IMG/VR virus record: IMGVR_UViG_3300017917_001903
Coordinates: 1-64,000 of that record
Length of the DNA: 64,000 nt
Origin: a virus
Strand: one strand, 5' to 3'
A model generated the notes under the pieces. It was given only the letters and a program-made list of their open reading frames with translations. It did not search any database and was not told the DNA's origin. Shown here one piece after another: positions 16,500 through 26,894 of this stretch; positions within the stretch are counted from its first letter, which is position 1, and every line of letters starts with the position of its first letter. Position numbers and translations under genes: made by a program.

Positions 16500-16793
16500 T
16501 CAACCGTTTATAATAAGTCTGATCAAAGCAAATGTATCGATAGTGGTTAACATTAAATAGTTGGCCAGCATGCCTGTGCTGCCGCGAGTATACGCACAGT
16601 AAGCAAATACTGCACAATGGCTAATGAATAATGGATACAATATTAAGAAGGGCGGATTGGGTAAGGTGAGAGCCATTACTACTGCACAACCAATGCTGGT
16701 AAACCAGGCAGTGACTTCCAATACTGTTCGTATCTTATTCTCTGCCCAGTCCTCACGGATATAATCAACAACTGAACTTATTAATGCTTTCAT
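16500..16793 (-). CDS. membrane protein
   Basis: three hydrophobic segments. Confidence 0.7.
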   Translation of the reverse strand: MKALISSVVDYIREDWAENKIRTVLEVTAWFTSIGCAVVMALTLPNPPFLILYPLFISHCAVFAYCAYTRGSTGMLANYLMLTTIDTFALIRLIING

Positions 16794-17008
16794 TCATTAA
16801 TTGGAAAATACTTCTTAAGTGCTTCCAACTTATCTTCGTATTCGGCGATGTGTGCCAGCTCAAGTTCAATCGCAGTCATGATGTCTGTGTGATCATGGAT
16901 AGCAATCGGGTTACTAAGGATAACTTCAACGTTCATCTTGTGCTTCTGTATATGTGATTCAAAATGAGCAGCACTGGCTCGAATTAAATTTTTCTTAAGT
17001 AGTTCCAT
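16790..17008 (-). CDS. hypothetical protein
   Basis: coupled ORF. Confidence 0.7.
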   Translation of the reverse strand: MELLKKNLIRASAAHFESHIQKHKMNVEVILSNPIAIHDHTDIMTAIELELAHIAEYEDKLEALKKYFPINE

Positions 17009-17777
17009 AATATTCTAGCCTTTCAATGTCTTGTTCATTTGTTTCGCTGCCATATTGTATTTCAATGATGACTAAGTCGTCTTTGCTTTCGTTGTATAGC
17101 TGATGCCACTCTCCTACCTTAACAACAAAAATATCATGTTGGAAGATATCAATAAGCGCATAGTTCTTTAGTGGTTCTGAATCTTTAGAATGCTTTACAA
17201 CACCCTTGCCACTTTTAACAAACCAAACTTCGCTGCGCTTGTTATGCTTTTGATAGCTGATGCCTTGTCCGGGCTTAACAACAAGTTCTTTTACCTTGCA
17301 GCCTGTTGTGGTGTAAAGGTCAGCAAACTTGCCCCAAACACGTTCTTCTGTATGTGTAGCAAGTGCATCGCGTAAAATCCAACTGCTACTGTTGGCTTTG
17401 TGTGACCCACCTATGCCAAATGCAAAACTTATATCATTGACTTGCATTTCAGGAATGTTTTCTTTAGTGCGATCACCACCATTACAAAAAACTATTGGAT
17501 GGTTTGGATATAATGACTTCACACGTTCCAAACCATCAATAGCAGTATTATCCAAATCGTCAAACCCTAGCACCATAGTAACATTCTTGAAATTTTCTAA
17601 AATGTTTTTTCTTTCTGCAAAGGGCATGAAAGGCTTACCTTTTTTACGAGTAAGCCATTCATCACTGTTAAGCAATACAACAACTCTGCCAAGCGCGGCA
17701 GCTTCGTTGATCATGGAGATATGGCCGCTGTGGACGGGATCAAAACCGCCACTGACCACTGCTACAGTATAGGTCAT
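16995..17777 (-). CDS. cytidylyltransferase-like domain fused to mannose-6-phosphate isomerase cupin
   Basis: SGGFDPVHSGH (HxGH); RVWG, SYQKHNKRSEVW. Confidence 0.85.
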   Translation of the reverse strand: MTYTVAVVSGGFDPVHSGHISMINEAAALGRVVVLLNSDEWLTRKKGKPFMPFAERKNILENFKNVTMVLGFDDLDNTAIDGLERVKSLYPNHPIVFCNGGDRTKENIPEMQVNDISFAFGIGGSHKANSSSWILRDALATHTEERVWGKFADLYTTTGCKVKELVVKPGQGISYQKHNKRSEVWFVKSGKGVVKHSKDSEPLKNYALIDIFQHDIFVVKVGEWHQLYNESKDDLVIIEIQYGSETNEQDIERLEYYGTT

Positions 17778-18130
17778 TTCTTTTGGCGTTGTGCGTTTTC
17801 AAAAAGATTTGCGGCGTCCGATACTCTACGACGCTTACGCTTACTCTTCATGTACTTGGAATCTGCTGGTGGCTTAAGTGGCCATTTGCCTGCTAGCTTT
17901 GCGCTTAATACTTCTTTCTGCCAACGCTTTTTAGCAGCATCTTTAAGACGCTTACGCTTTACGCTGGGCTTTTCAAAGAATTCGTGCTTGGCTAAATCTT
18001 TTTGCCAGTTGTTGCGCTCTAGGATCTTTTTCATCCTGCGGAGTGCGCCATTTACGTCGTTGTTATAAACTTCAACTTTAGAACCCTTAATTACAAATTC
18101 GTCATTTGGATTCTTGTTCCACTTTTTCAT
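17774..18130 (-). CDS. rpsU: phage ribosomal protein bS21
   Basis: ALRRMKK...HEFFEKPSVKRKR. Confidence 0.85.
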   Translation of the reverse strand: MKKWNKNPNDEFVIKGSKVEVYNNDVNGALRRMKKILERNNWQKDLAKHEFFEKPSVKRKRLKDAAKKRWQKEVLSAKLAGKWPLKPPADSKYMKSKRKRRRVSDAANLFENAQRQKK

Positions 18131-19391
18131 GTGTTCCTCTGTATAGCTTGTATTCTATGTCTTCGCGTTGTGTGTTATCAGCAAAAACCAACGTTGGTTT
18201 GGTATTTGCTGTCACTGGATACTTATCAAATAAAATCTTTTGTACACCTAATTTCTTGAGTTCCGGGGCGCGATACATTACGCTAATTAGGCTTTGTTCT
18301 ACAATACCTTTAAGTGCTCTAGCACCTAGGTTCTTCTTTACAGCAAGTTCCGCTGCTGTATTAATATACTCATTGCTAAATTCTAAATTAATATTATCCA
18401 TCTCTAACAATTTCTTGTTCTGCTCTAGGATACTATTTTTTACAGATTTTAACACATGCACCATGTGCGTGGTATCAAGTTTCTCAAGTGTAGCAATGAT
18501 AGGTAAACGACCTACAATCTCAGGAATCAAACCAAACTCGATAACGTCTTCGGCACTGAGACTTTCCAGTAACTTATTTCGTTCCTTGCGATCAATTACA
18601 GTAGCGTTAAAGCCGATAGTAGTACTTTTCTTCAATCGCTTTTCAATGATTTTTTCTATACCAACAAATGCGCCGCCTAGAATAAACAGTACGTTAGTAG
18701 TATCAAAGTCGATATATTCTTCGCCAAACTTTTTACCGCTATTAATTTTTACTTTAGTAGTAGTGCCTTCAATTAGTCTTAACAGGGCTTGTTGTACACC
18801 TTCGCCGCTGACATCTCTGGTAGCTGTATTCGTTTCACTGCGTCTTGCTTTTTTATCTACTTCGTCGATGTAAACAATTCCTTTTTGTGCAGCGTCAATA
18901 TCAAAGTCTGCAACATTAAGCAATCTCTCTAATACGCTTTCAACATCTTCGCCTACATACCCAGCTTCAGTGAGTGTAGTAGCGTCTGCTATAGCAAACG
19001 GAACATTTAGTTTCTTAGCTAATGTTTTAGCAAATAGTGTCTTACCTGTGCCGGTTGAACCAATTAATAAAATGTTTGTTTTTTCTAGTTCAACATCATC
19101 GGATGAATTAAGCACACGTTTATAATGGTTATATGCACTAACACACATAAGTTCTTTAGCACTGTCGTGTCCTACAATGTATTGATCTAAGTGCTGACGA
19201 ATCTCAAGTGGGGTAGGAATTGCAGTATTTTCGCTGTCAATTTTTTCTTCATCGGCAGTTTTCTTAACAATATTATAGCTTAACGTGATACATTCATTAC
19301 AAATATAAACGCTTGGCCCAGCTATTAGTTTGTCAACTGCTTCTCTATTTTTACCGCAAAAACTGCATCTTAGGTTTTTCTTGTCTGTCAT
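18102..19391 (-). CDS. clpX: ClpX ATP-dependent unfoldase
   Basis: CSFCGK zinc finger, GSTGTGKT, RDVSGEGVQQALL, IGF loop. Confidence 0.95.
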   Translation of the reverse strand: MTDKKNLRCSFCGKNREAVDKLIAGPSVYICNECITLSYNIVKKTADEEKIDSENTAIPTPLEIRQHLDQYIVGHDSAKELMCVSAYNHYKRVLNSSDDVELEKTNILLIGSTGTGKTLFAKTLAKKLNVPFAIADATTLTEAGYVGEDVESVLERLLNVADFDIDAAQKGIVYIDEVDKKARRSETNTATRDVSGEGVQQALLRLIEGTTTKVKINSGKKFGEEYIDFDTTNVLFILGGAFVGIEKIIEKRLKKSTTIGFNATVIDRKERNKLLESLSAEDVIEFGLIPEIVGRLPIIATLEKLDTTHMVHVLKSVKNSILEQNKKLLEMDNINLEFSNEYINTAAELAVKKNLGARALKGIVEQSLISVMYRAPELKKLGVQKILFDKYPVTANTKPTLVFADNTQREDIEYKLYRGTHEKVEQESK

Positions 19392-20994
19392 GCTTTACCT
19401 ATATAACGTTTGTCTACTGTTGTGTCGCTTGGTTCATCGTTCTTTGGAAGAGGGATGGCCCAAAAACCTAACTTACGCTTAACATCTTCGTCAGATCCCT
19501 TCTTAAGTATATTAAAAATTTCATCTGCCGTCAAGTCCTCTTTATTTAACTCACTAGCGGCTAAAAGGCGTGCAGCCTGGCGTAAATCGCCTGTGGCAGC
19601 ACGTTCTACTTCCACAGGAACTTCTTTTTCAACTACTACTTGTTTTTCAACAACTACTTCTTTTTCAATTATTTCTGCTGGCTTTGATTCAAGCTCAACC
19701 ACACGCTTTTTAAGTTGGCGATTATCTTCTGTTAACTGCTGAACACGCCCGCTATCTTCAACCTTTACAATTCTTTCTACGGGCTTTTCTTTAATTACAT
19801 ATTCAATTGTAGGAACTTCTACCTGAACAATTCTCTCTGGTCCAGGTACTTCTCGGACAACTTCCACTTCTTTAATAACTTCAACAATCTTTTCAACAGG
19901 CTTTTCAATTATAACTTCTTTGATGATCTCTTGCGGTTTGCTGTTATTTTCTTTTTTGAGCTCTCTGACTTGTTTTTCGAGCTCGCGGATCTTTTTTTTT
20001 GAGCCGCTGTTTCTTCTATGCTAGCAAGTCGACTGTTGTCTTGTGGCTGGTCACTAGGTGGCCCAGACTGTTGTAGCAGTACACCATCTGTACTACTTGG
20101 TCTTGATTCAACGTTTTGAATGTTGTTACCTTCATCAAGGGTTCCTCCTTGGGATTGGTCTGTGGTTGGTGTGTTGGCGGAATCGTTGAGAGGCTCACTG
20201 GATTTATTTCCATGTGGATCGTCCTCTGGTTTTGATTTATTTTTGTGGCGGCTCAGTGATTGGTTGGCCGCAATAAGTAGTGCCACAGCAAGCGGATCAA
20301 ATACAATAACTAGTAGGATAATCATCCAACGTACTGCACGTTCCATTAAGTTAGCATCTGGGTTGTCGCCGTATATAAGTGCGGCTACATATTTAATTGG
20401 GCCAACTTCGCTTTCTACTTTCTTAAGCTCTACTGCTAGTGGCGCACGTTGCTCGTTCAGCTTTTGTATTTCTGCTTGTGCTGTGCTAATTTCTGTAACT
20501 AAACGCTGGCGGTCTCGGCTCTGGCTTCTACGTACCTGTAACGCACGTTCTGCGCCTTTGGCATCAGTGGTTCGACTTAGTGTTTGGTTAACCACATCGT
20601 CCATCTGAGCAATTACTTTTTGGTTAGTGTCAATAATCTCACGTTGATATTTGATCTTCTCATCAAACAGCGCAACTTGTTCGGCAGCGCCGCCCGACGC
20701 CAAACCTTGGTCACTGTGCGCTTTACTTAGGTAGCCAAAGATACCCAAGCTGGTAATAAACATTAACACAACCACGGCTGCTGTCAAATAACTTTTAAGC
20801 AACCATTTGGTTTCTTTCCAATTGCGGTAGAGCCAGCTAGCTGTAACTAGTTTACCTAGTTCTAAACTACCTGCCATAACAGCTACAGCCAATGCCGCGC
20901 CGCTGAAAATTGCCATGAGTCCGGCGATACTAAAGTATGCCGCAATACCCGCAATTAAAATTGATGTTATAAAAGTTATAATACCGGAAGCCAT
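19388..20994 (-). CDS. membrane coiled-coil protein; 361-aa short form (19909-20994) and probable -1 frameshift-extended form ending at 19388
   Basis: A9 run at 19992-20000; the -1 frame stays open into ORF 19388-19867. Confidence 0.7.
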
Positions 20995-21054
20995 AGTATT
21001 ATTTATCTACTTAAAAACTTACCATTGGCTATTATTTGACCCATAAATATTGGT

Positions 21055-22311
21055 ATGGTACACATAGAAAAACTTCAGTCACACCTTGATAAACCACACC
21101 TGACATTGGTAGACTTACTGCACAAGGATAACACAGATTCTGCTAACTATCTTGGAATTTATCCTGCAACACACCTATTAAAACCCTATATAAACACAAA
21201 ACTTGATAATATTGCCATTGGCGAGACTTACGGATATCGTGGTATATCAATAAATGAGTTACTTGCCGAAAACAAAAACATTATTGTTGAGACAACATAT
21301 CAGGACTTGCTAGGTTTACCAAAAGTCAAACAGGTTAGGCTATTAACAAACTACACTGTTATTCTTTCAGATTTAGAAGAAGGTGGTAGCTTCTTTGGTC
21401 ACATGGGGCCATGCTTATTAGGCCATATTAGAAAACTAGGAATAGTACCTAAAAAGATTTATTCCTTAAATGCCGGGCTATACCAACATGATTGTCCAGA
21501 ATTAAATATTCAATCAATTTATATTTGTTGTTGGGCTGCTTTTCCAGTTCTTGCCGAATCATATTATACTAATTTGCTATTCAACGAAGAAGCTAAACAA
21601 GAAGCCCAAAAGAAAATAGCATCCAACAATAAAACATTTGGATTGTATTTAAATAAAAAACCTAGATACAATCGAGTCAAATGTTTAGCAGAGCTGGATA
21701 AAAGGGGCATCTTAGATAAATTTGATTGGACATTGTTATATAGTGCTGAACCTCTTGGCAACGAAAATGACTACGGAAACTTTATTAAAAGCCCAAACAA
21801 CTTTAGATTTAACAAACAATTAAACTTATACGGCGATGAACACATGAATGTGTTTTTACAGAAATATAAATTTCCCAGACTTATGTCAGACTCAAAGCAA
21901 AGCACATATGGTGATTGCTTGGGGCCAGCGCCAAGTTGGCTAGGCAAATACAAATATTATATTAGCAATGAAACATATACCACTTGCATTCCTACTAGCT
22001 TAGGTACTACTGGTTTCCTAACGGAAAAAACATTCAAAGCTATGTGCATAGGAGCATACCCTTTTGTTATTGGTACTCCAGGTTCTGAGAAAAAACTATC
22101 TAGTTTAGGATTTCAACTACTGCCGCAGGACTATGACAGTTTAGCTGGCGGAGAACGTGTCAGTGCAGTATGCGAAATAATAGAATTGGCGACTAAGTCA
22201 AATTATGACGTAACTGAAATAGTTATGCATAATTTTAACTTAATCACCAATTTAGATTTTTTAGCTGGGCTTATTGCTAGCCCAGTAAATCAGATGTTTC
22301 AGCCTTCGTAA
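21055..22311 (+). CDS. putative glycosyltransferase-like phage protein
   Basis: FLTEKTFKAM...PFVIG motif shared with 30585 and 31840 genes. Confidence 0.6.
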   Translation: MVHIEKLQSHLDKPHLTLVDLLHKDNTDSANYLGIYPATHLLKPYINTKLDNIAIGETYGYRGISINELLAENKNIIVETTYQDLLGLPKVKQVRLLTNYTVILSDLEEGGSFFGHMGPCLLGHIRKLGIVPKKIYSLNAGLYQHDCPELNIQSIYICCWAAFPVLAESYYTNLLFNEEAKQEAQKKIASNNKTFGLYLNKKPRYNRVKCLAELDKRGILDKFDWTLLYSAEPLGNENDYGNFIKSPNNFRFNKQLNLYGDEHMNVFLQKYKFPRLMSDSKQSTYGDCLGPAPSWLGKYKYYISNETYTTCIPTSLGTTGFLTEKTFKAMCIGAYPFVIGTPGSEKKLSSLGFQLLPQDYDSLAGGERVSAVCEIIELATKSNYDVTEIVMHNFNLITNLDFLAGLIASPVNQMFQPS

Positions 22312-22859
22312 ACAGCACTGTTTGCACTGTGTTCGAACACTTCCGCACTACGTAGTTTTACACCTTGTCCGACCGGATAGCGACAAGTAAATGTCTTACC
22401 ATTGGGCAGTGTATAACTTTCACCACGCTGATAAGTTTCCAGAATGTCCTGCATAGTCTTGTATGCAAGCTCTGCAAACTTCTCACAGCCTACACCTTCA
22501 ACTAGACGCAGATCGCATACTGCACCACGTTCGTTTGGAATAGGGCTAGCGGGATCGTTGGTACTGTTAATAGTAACCAAATCATTCATCTGCTTGAAGA
22601 ACGGTAAGTGCGGATCGTCTTTGGCAATAATCATAGTGTGGTCGAACATGTATTCGCTCCACTCCTTGAATGCCTTAAGACCACCAAAGTCCATTACCCA
22701 GTTACGGTCATCTAGTGTTTCGCTCTCGAACACTAGCTTGATACCAATTGAGTAACCATGTAGTAAACTACAATGACTATGTGTGCTACGCCATTGTCTA
22801 AATGTGCAGCTGAGTCCGCGGTCGTTACCGTATGTTTTTGTTGACAAATATTTTGCCAT
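22299..22859 (-). CDS. queD: 6-carboxytetrahydropterin synthase (QueD-like)
   Basis: HCSLLHGY, WVMDFG, FDHT motifs. Confidence 0.85.
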   Translation of the reverse strand: MAKYLSTKTYGNDRGLSCTFRQWRSTHSHCSLLHGYSIGIKLVFESETLDDRNWVMDFGGLKAFKEWSEYMFDHTMIIAKDDPHLPFFKQMNDLVTINSTNDPASPIPNERGAVCDLRLVEGVGCEKFAELAYKTMQDILETYQRGESYTLPNGKTFTCRYPVGQGVKLRSAEVFEHSANSAVYEG

Positions 22860-22892
22860 CTCTTGCCTCTCCTTATGAGTAAGTTTGATGAC

Positions 22893-22933
22893 ACGCAGAA
22901 TATTTAAAGAGGGTTGAGCGTCCTAAGTCCTCT
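22893..22933 (-). promoter_or_regulatory. preQ1-I-like pseudoknot leader of queD
   Basis: AGAGG-loop-CCTCT stem, A-rich tail, loop ACGC pairs with tail GCGT. Confidence 0.5.
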
Positions 22934-22993
22934 ACTACTATTTAGATAGTCTTAGTATAATACTACAATTTTATTGGTTTGTCAACAGGTAGA

Positions 22994-23437
22994 TTACTTA
23001 CACCAACTCTGTTTGGCTTCGCCGTAATACTCACGTGCATAGCCCTTGCTGATTAGCAGGCCACGTAGACTTTGTCCATCGATGATTACATCGCCTAGTA
23101 CACGACCACCATACTTGTCCCAATCCATTAGAACAATCTGTAGCTTCTTTGCACCGGCAATTGAATCTTTGGTAAACTTAGTTGCTTCTTGGCCACGTGC
23201 ATCTTCGCTAGGGCACATAGCTCTGTGGCCTTTTTCTGGTGTGTCTACACCAAACACACGAATGCTTAGTTCTTTCTTAAGAGGTTCAGGCAACCATGGC
23301 GCGGCAAACGCAACTGTGTCACCATCAATAACTCTTAGTATTGTAGCATCGTATGTTACACCTGGCTTCTGCTTCTGTGCGAATGCTGGTGTTGCTGACA
23401 CTAGTAGGGCCGCTACTAGCATAATTTGTTTGATCAT
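22994..23437 (-). CDS. thermonuclease (SNase-like), secreted
   Basis: VIDGDT, IRVFGVDTPE, DKYGGRVLG. Confidence 0.9.
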   Translation of the reverse strand: MIKQIMLVAALLVSATPAFAQKQKPGVTYDATILRVIDGDTVAFAAPWLPEPLKKELSIRVFGVDTPEKGHRAMCPSEDARGQEATKFTKDSIAGAKKLQIVLMDWDKYGGRVLGDVIIDGQSLRGLLISKGYAREYYGEAKQSWCK

Positions 23438-23492
23438 AAAAATACCCCTGTGTGCTTTATTGTTATATTTATGCACACAGGGGTATCTAAAG

Positions 23493-24047
23493 TTAACTCA
23501 TCTTATGGAATGAGTGGTTTCCAATTGTAGCAGTTCTAATAAAGTGTCTGCTCCAATCCGGATTTACTATGTTATAATTAAAATAATGTGTTGCACCATG
23601 GGTAGGGTCGCGAGTCCTACCTGATAAAACTTGAAATGCAATACGCATACTTTTAATCCATTCGTCATGGCTTCTGATGCGATCAGAATTACCATCACAG
23701 ATCCAGCTGAATTGACAACTGCCTCCGATACGTTGGTAAACAACGCCACAAACTGATTTTGGAAATCTATGATGTGCTGCCCTGTTTAGTGTAACATGGG
23801 CTACAGCCTTCATTCCGCGCTCAGATTCGCCGCGGGCTTCAAAGTATACATTTTTAGCAAGACACATAAGTTGAGTTTTATCTATCGTGCTTACACTCTC
23901 ATTATTTTTTACCCTATTGGTAATGAGCCCTTGCTCTAACTCAACTCTAGTTTGAGCTATTGCTGGATCAATACCTTTAAGCATTAAAAATGACATCAAC
24001 GCGAATAACGCTACTGCTATTAATGCTTTTGTTCTTGACTTGGGCAT
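23493..24047 (-). CDS. SleB-like cell wall hydrolase
   Basis: CLAKNVYFEARGE, CQFSW, GATHY. Confidence 0.9.
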   Translation of the reverse strand: MPKSRTKALIAVALFALMSFLMLKGIDPAIAQTRVELEQGLITNRVKNNESVSTIDKTQLMCLAKNVYFEARGESERGMKAVAHVTLNRAAHHRFPKSVCGVVYQRIGGSCQFSWICDGNSDRIRSHDEWIKSMRIAFQVLSGRTRDPTHGATHYFNYNIVNPDWSRHFIRTATIGNHSFHKMS

Positions 24048-24142
24048 AGTCCTACCTCCTTTCGACTTTGGGTCTACAATCGTTCTGTAACTATGTCTTA
24101 TGTCTACTACAAAAGTTTTCCTGTTAGTAGAGATACTGTATG

Positions 24143-24430
24143 TTAGACCATTTTAATTGAAGATGTAGCTTCAATAAAGGCCTTTGCAATCTGCTCTTGT
24201 GTATGACCGTATGTAATGATTGCAGACTTATTTAGTCGAATACGGTCGGGCAAACTGCTGATCATCCAGGGTACAAAACCCATACCCTGTGCATTTCCAG
24301 CAAGTGTTACTGGCTTGCTGACATAGAAGCTGGAATCATCCTCGCTATCAAAACGAGCGATTACTTCCTCGCCACTAAGTAGTTTAATGGTGATTGTGTC
24401 ACCATTAGAAATTGGTTTTTGAATTAACAT
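24143..24430 (-). CDS. conserved phage hypothetical protein (possibly Sm-like)
   Basis: IKLLSGEEVIAR. Confidence 0.65.
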   Translation of the reverse strand: MLIQKPISNGDTITIKLLSGEEVIARFDSEDDSSFYVSKPVTLAGNAQGMGFVPWMISSLPDRIRLNKSAIITYGHTQEQIAKAFIEATSSIKMV

Positions 24431-24661
24431 GCTATTTAATTACCTTTTTATGCAGTAAAGTTACATTATACACTGGTTTTTTTAAAAAATCAACCGTTTT
24501 TTAGAAGAATTTTTGTTTTCTGTTAAATAATTGCGTGGACAGAATATGTTCAGTCTAACAATAAATGTTTTGCGTCCCTCTTAGTATACGCTATATAGTA
24601 GCCCAGTGCTGCAACTGACTGTCCTAATTTAATGAGTAGTTGGTAGGCGCCTACCAAATAC

Positions 24662-25498
24662 TTACTTAAATTCAATATTGACTGGTGCACCAGTCAAGTC
24701 TTTTACTACGTTTACGGTAGAGAACTCAAACTCTTCTCCGGTAATTCTGCGCCAAAGTTCCCATTGTAGCAATAAAGTATTGGCTGCACCGCGGGTGCCG
24801 TGTAGATGCATGATTTTTGCATCATTCATATGAATACCATTCCAATTTTTTAGATATGCTTGTAGTGCAGGATTGTCTACATCACCAAATGGTACATTCA
24901 TTGCTTGGAAGTTCATATCAGGACGCAACCAAGTTTTTACATCGGGGTCTTGGCTGTACATCATGGCATTGAAAATGATCTGCTCAGTACCCCAAATATC
25001 GTAATCCCAATCTTTTGCATAACTCCACCCAAGGTCCCAAAGTTCCTTAGGCATGGTGCTTGGATAGTAGCGCACGCCAGCGTTGAAATAATGTTCATGC
25101 TGTAGGCCATATTTGTTGTTAGCATCATCGCCTGACAATGTCTTTGGGTCAGTGTAATTGAACAACTGGAACCTATCAAACTTACCAAATACCTCAACTG
25201 GTCCAACAACCAATGTGTCGCAGTCTAGGAACAGGATGTTGTGCGGACCATCCGCGCTGTTGAATTCGCTGTATACATGATCAAAGTTCTTGTGGAAGAT
25301 TTCCTGATAACTGTCAACTTCGTCTTGGAACACTACGTATTCAAAATCTTCTTGAATAAAAGTTTCAGCACTGTGAATTACAATCTCACTCATTGCCTGA
25401 TAAACTTTGTGTGTGTTTTCGGCCCCCAACTGTTTGTTATATTCTAACTTACCGTTGGGCTTGATTTTGCTCACAGCCATACATAAGATATTGCTCAT
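24662..25498 (-). CDS. glycosyltransferase (GT-A fold)
   Basis: FLDCD, FNAGV, EQIIFN. Confidence 0.75.
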   Translation of the reverse strand: MSNILCMAVSKIKPNGKLEYNKQLGAENTHKVYQAMSEIVIHSAETFIQEDFEYVVFQDEVDSYQEIFHKNFDHVYSEFNSADGPHNILFLDCDTLVVGPVEVFGKFDRFQLFNYTDPKTLSGDDANNKYGLQHEHYFNAGVRYYPSTMPKELWDLGWSYAKDWDYDIWGTEQIIFNAMMYSQDPDVKTWLRPDMNFQAMNVPFGDVDNPALQAYLKNWNGIHMNDAKIMHLHGTRGAANTLLLQWELWRRITGEEFEFSTVNVVKDLTGAPVNIEFK

Positions 25499-26148
25499 AG
25501 AAATAACTCCGCTGGCATCAAATCAACCATACTAATATAATTTTGGTTAGCTGTAATAATCATTATGTTATTATCTGTTTTATTGCTGTTATGCTTTAGC
25601 TGTAGCAGTCTGGTAGAAAAACCTAAATCCGTTGCAATCTTTGCAAGCTCGGTTCTAAAGTAATTTAATTCATTGTTGGGGATATCTTCGATAATAAAAA
25701 TTCCCGTGGCACTAAGTTGTTTAAAACTATTTTCAAAAAATACTTTGTTGGCCTTGTATGTATGCAAGCCGTCGTCAATGATAATATCAAAATTATCCGC
25801 ACCTACCTGACTCCACATTTCACTAACAACAGCTGGGTTAGTTTGGTCAACGTAGAACTTGGTTATGCGTTCTTCTGGTTGAAGAATATCCTTGTCAATA
25901 TCTGCCGCGTAAATTTGTGCATTTGGAAAAAACTCTCGCCATCCACGTAGACTGCCACCGGGCGAATAAATCTGTTTCATATGGCTAGCGATTGAAGGGT
26001 TAACTGATCCAATTCCTAGCTCAAAAAGTTTTTTAACTTCGTTTCGCAAATTGTTAAACAATACAGAATAAATCTGCGTATAATTATGCCAATCATCGCC
26101 TTTATCACTGCCGTGATTTTTCATTATGTTACAAAGTTCTGTTTTCAC
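25495..26148 (-). CDS. SAM-dependent methyltransferase
   Basis: ELGIG, FDIIIDDGLH, IIEDI. Confidence 0.8.
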   Translation of the reverse strand: MKTELCNIMKNHGSDKGDDWHNYTQIYSVLFNNLRNEVKKLFELGIGSVNPSIASHMKQIYSPGGSLRGWREFFPNAQIYAADIDKDILQPEERITKFYVDQTNPAVVSEMWSQVGADNFDIIIDDGLHTYKANKVFFENSFKQLSATGIFIIEDIPNNELNYFRTELAKIATDLGFSTRLLQLKHNSNKTDNNIMIITANQNYISMVDLMPAELFL

Positions 26149-26227
26149 GGAATTTCCTATAAGCCTAAATACTGTTTCGTTATTTAACTGCTAAAACCTG
26201 TCAAGCAGGCTATTACTGGCTGGGGCA

Positions 26228-26431
26228 TTAGCCCATTATTTCTAATATTTCAAAAGCATCTCGAGCCCACTGTATATCGGGCTCATCTATAAAACCATTG
26301 TCCGATACCATGACATCTCGGTAGAAACAACGCTGTAGCCAAACCCACTTTCCGGTAACAGTCTTGTGCGGAAGCACAGCAAATGTATGCTTCCAATCGC
26401 TAACTGCATATAGGTGCAAATACTCAGCCAT
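26228..26431 (-). CDS. hypothetical protein
   Basis: coupled ORF. Confidence 0.6.
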   Translation of the reverse strand: MAEYLHLYAVSDWKHTFAVLPHKTVTGKWVWLQRCFYRDVMVSDNGFIDEPDIQWARDAFEILEIMG

Positions 26432-26654
26432 TCGTGTCTGACATAGCTAATATAAAGAATCCGGCATTTGCAGGAGTCATTGTGATAAATTCATGGCCGG
26501 GCCAACTTAGCATACGTACACCATAATGATGGCCTAAAAACCTGTCAACAATTTGTAGGCTAATGCCACGATACTTGAAATTATAGTGTTGCATCAACCA
26601 ATTTTCAAAGTTCTTAAACTGCGAATCAGTCAATTTAAACTTAGTTAGATTCAT
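26424..26654 (-). CDS. hypothetical protein
   Basis: coupled ORF (ATGA overlap). Confidence 0.6.
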   Translation of the reverse strand: MNLTKFKLTDSQFKNFENWLMQHYNFKYRGISLQIVDRFLGHHYGVRMLSWPGHEFITMTPANAGFFILAMSDTNG

Positions 26655-26881
26655 CCCCACCTCAGAATAAACATAGCTAAGTCTTCTTTGCACTCAAAGG
26701 TCAACACCATGCCTTCATGCTTATAACGAGCACCAATACCAGTATCATCTAGCCATTCAACAATGTGTTCAACATTGTCAACCCACCAGCTAGCACTTTT
26801 GATAATAGCATAGTTGCCTATGCCTTCTAAATCGCCGACTAGGAAATGTCCAGCATTGTCACCCAGTGTAACTTCGCCCAT
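26651..26881 (-). CDS. hypothetical protein
   Basis: ends MFILRWG. Confidence 0.65.
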   Translation of the reverse strand: MGEVTLGDNAGHFLVGDLEGIGNYAIIKSASWWVDNVEHIVEWLDDTGIGARYKHEGMVLTFECKEDLAMFILRWG

Positions 26882-26894
26882 ACGATCAGTTACC

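Noticed and set aside
18106-18873. Long antisense ORFs (also 39940-40884 and 46973-47677)
   Set aside because: Shadows of clpX, early genes and ligase on the opposite strand.
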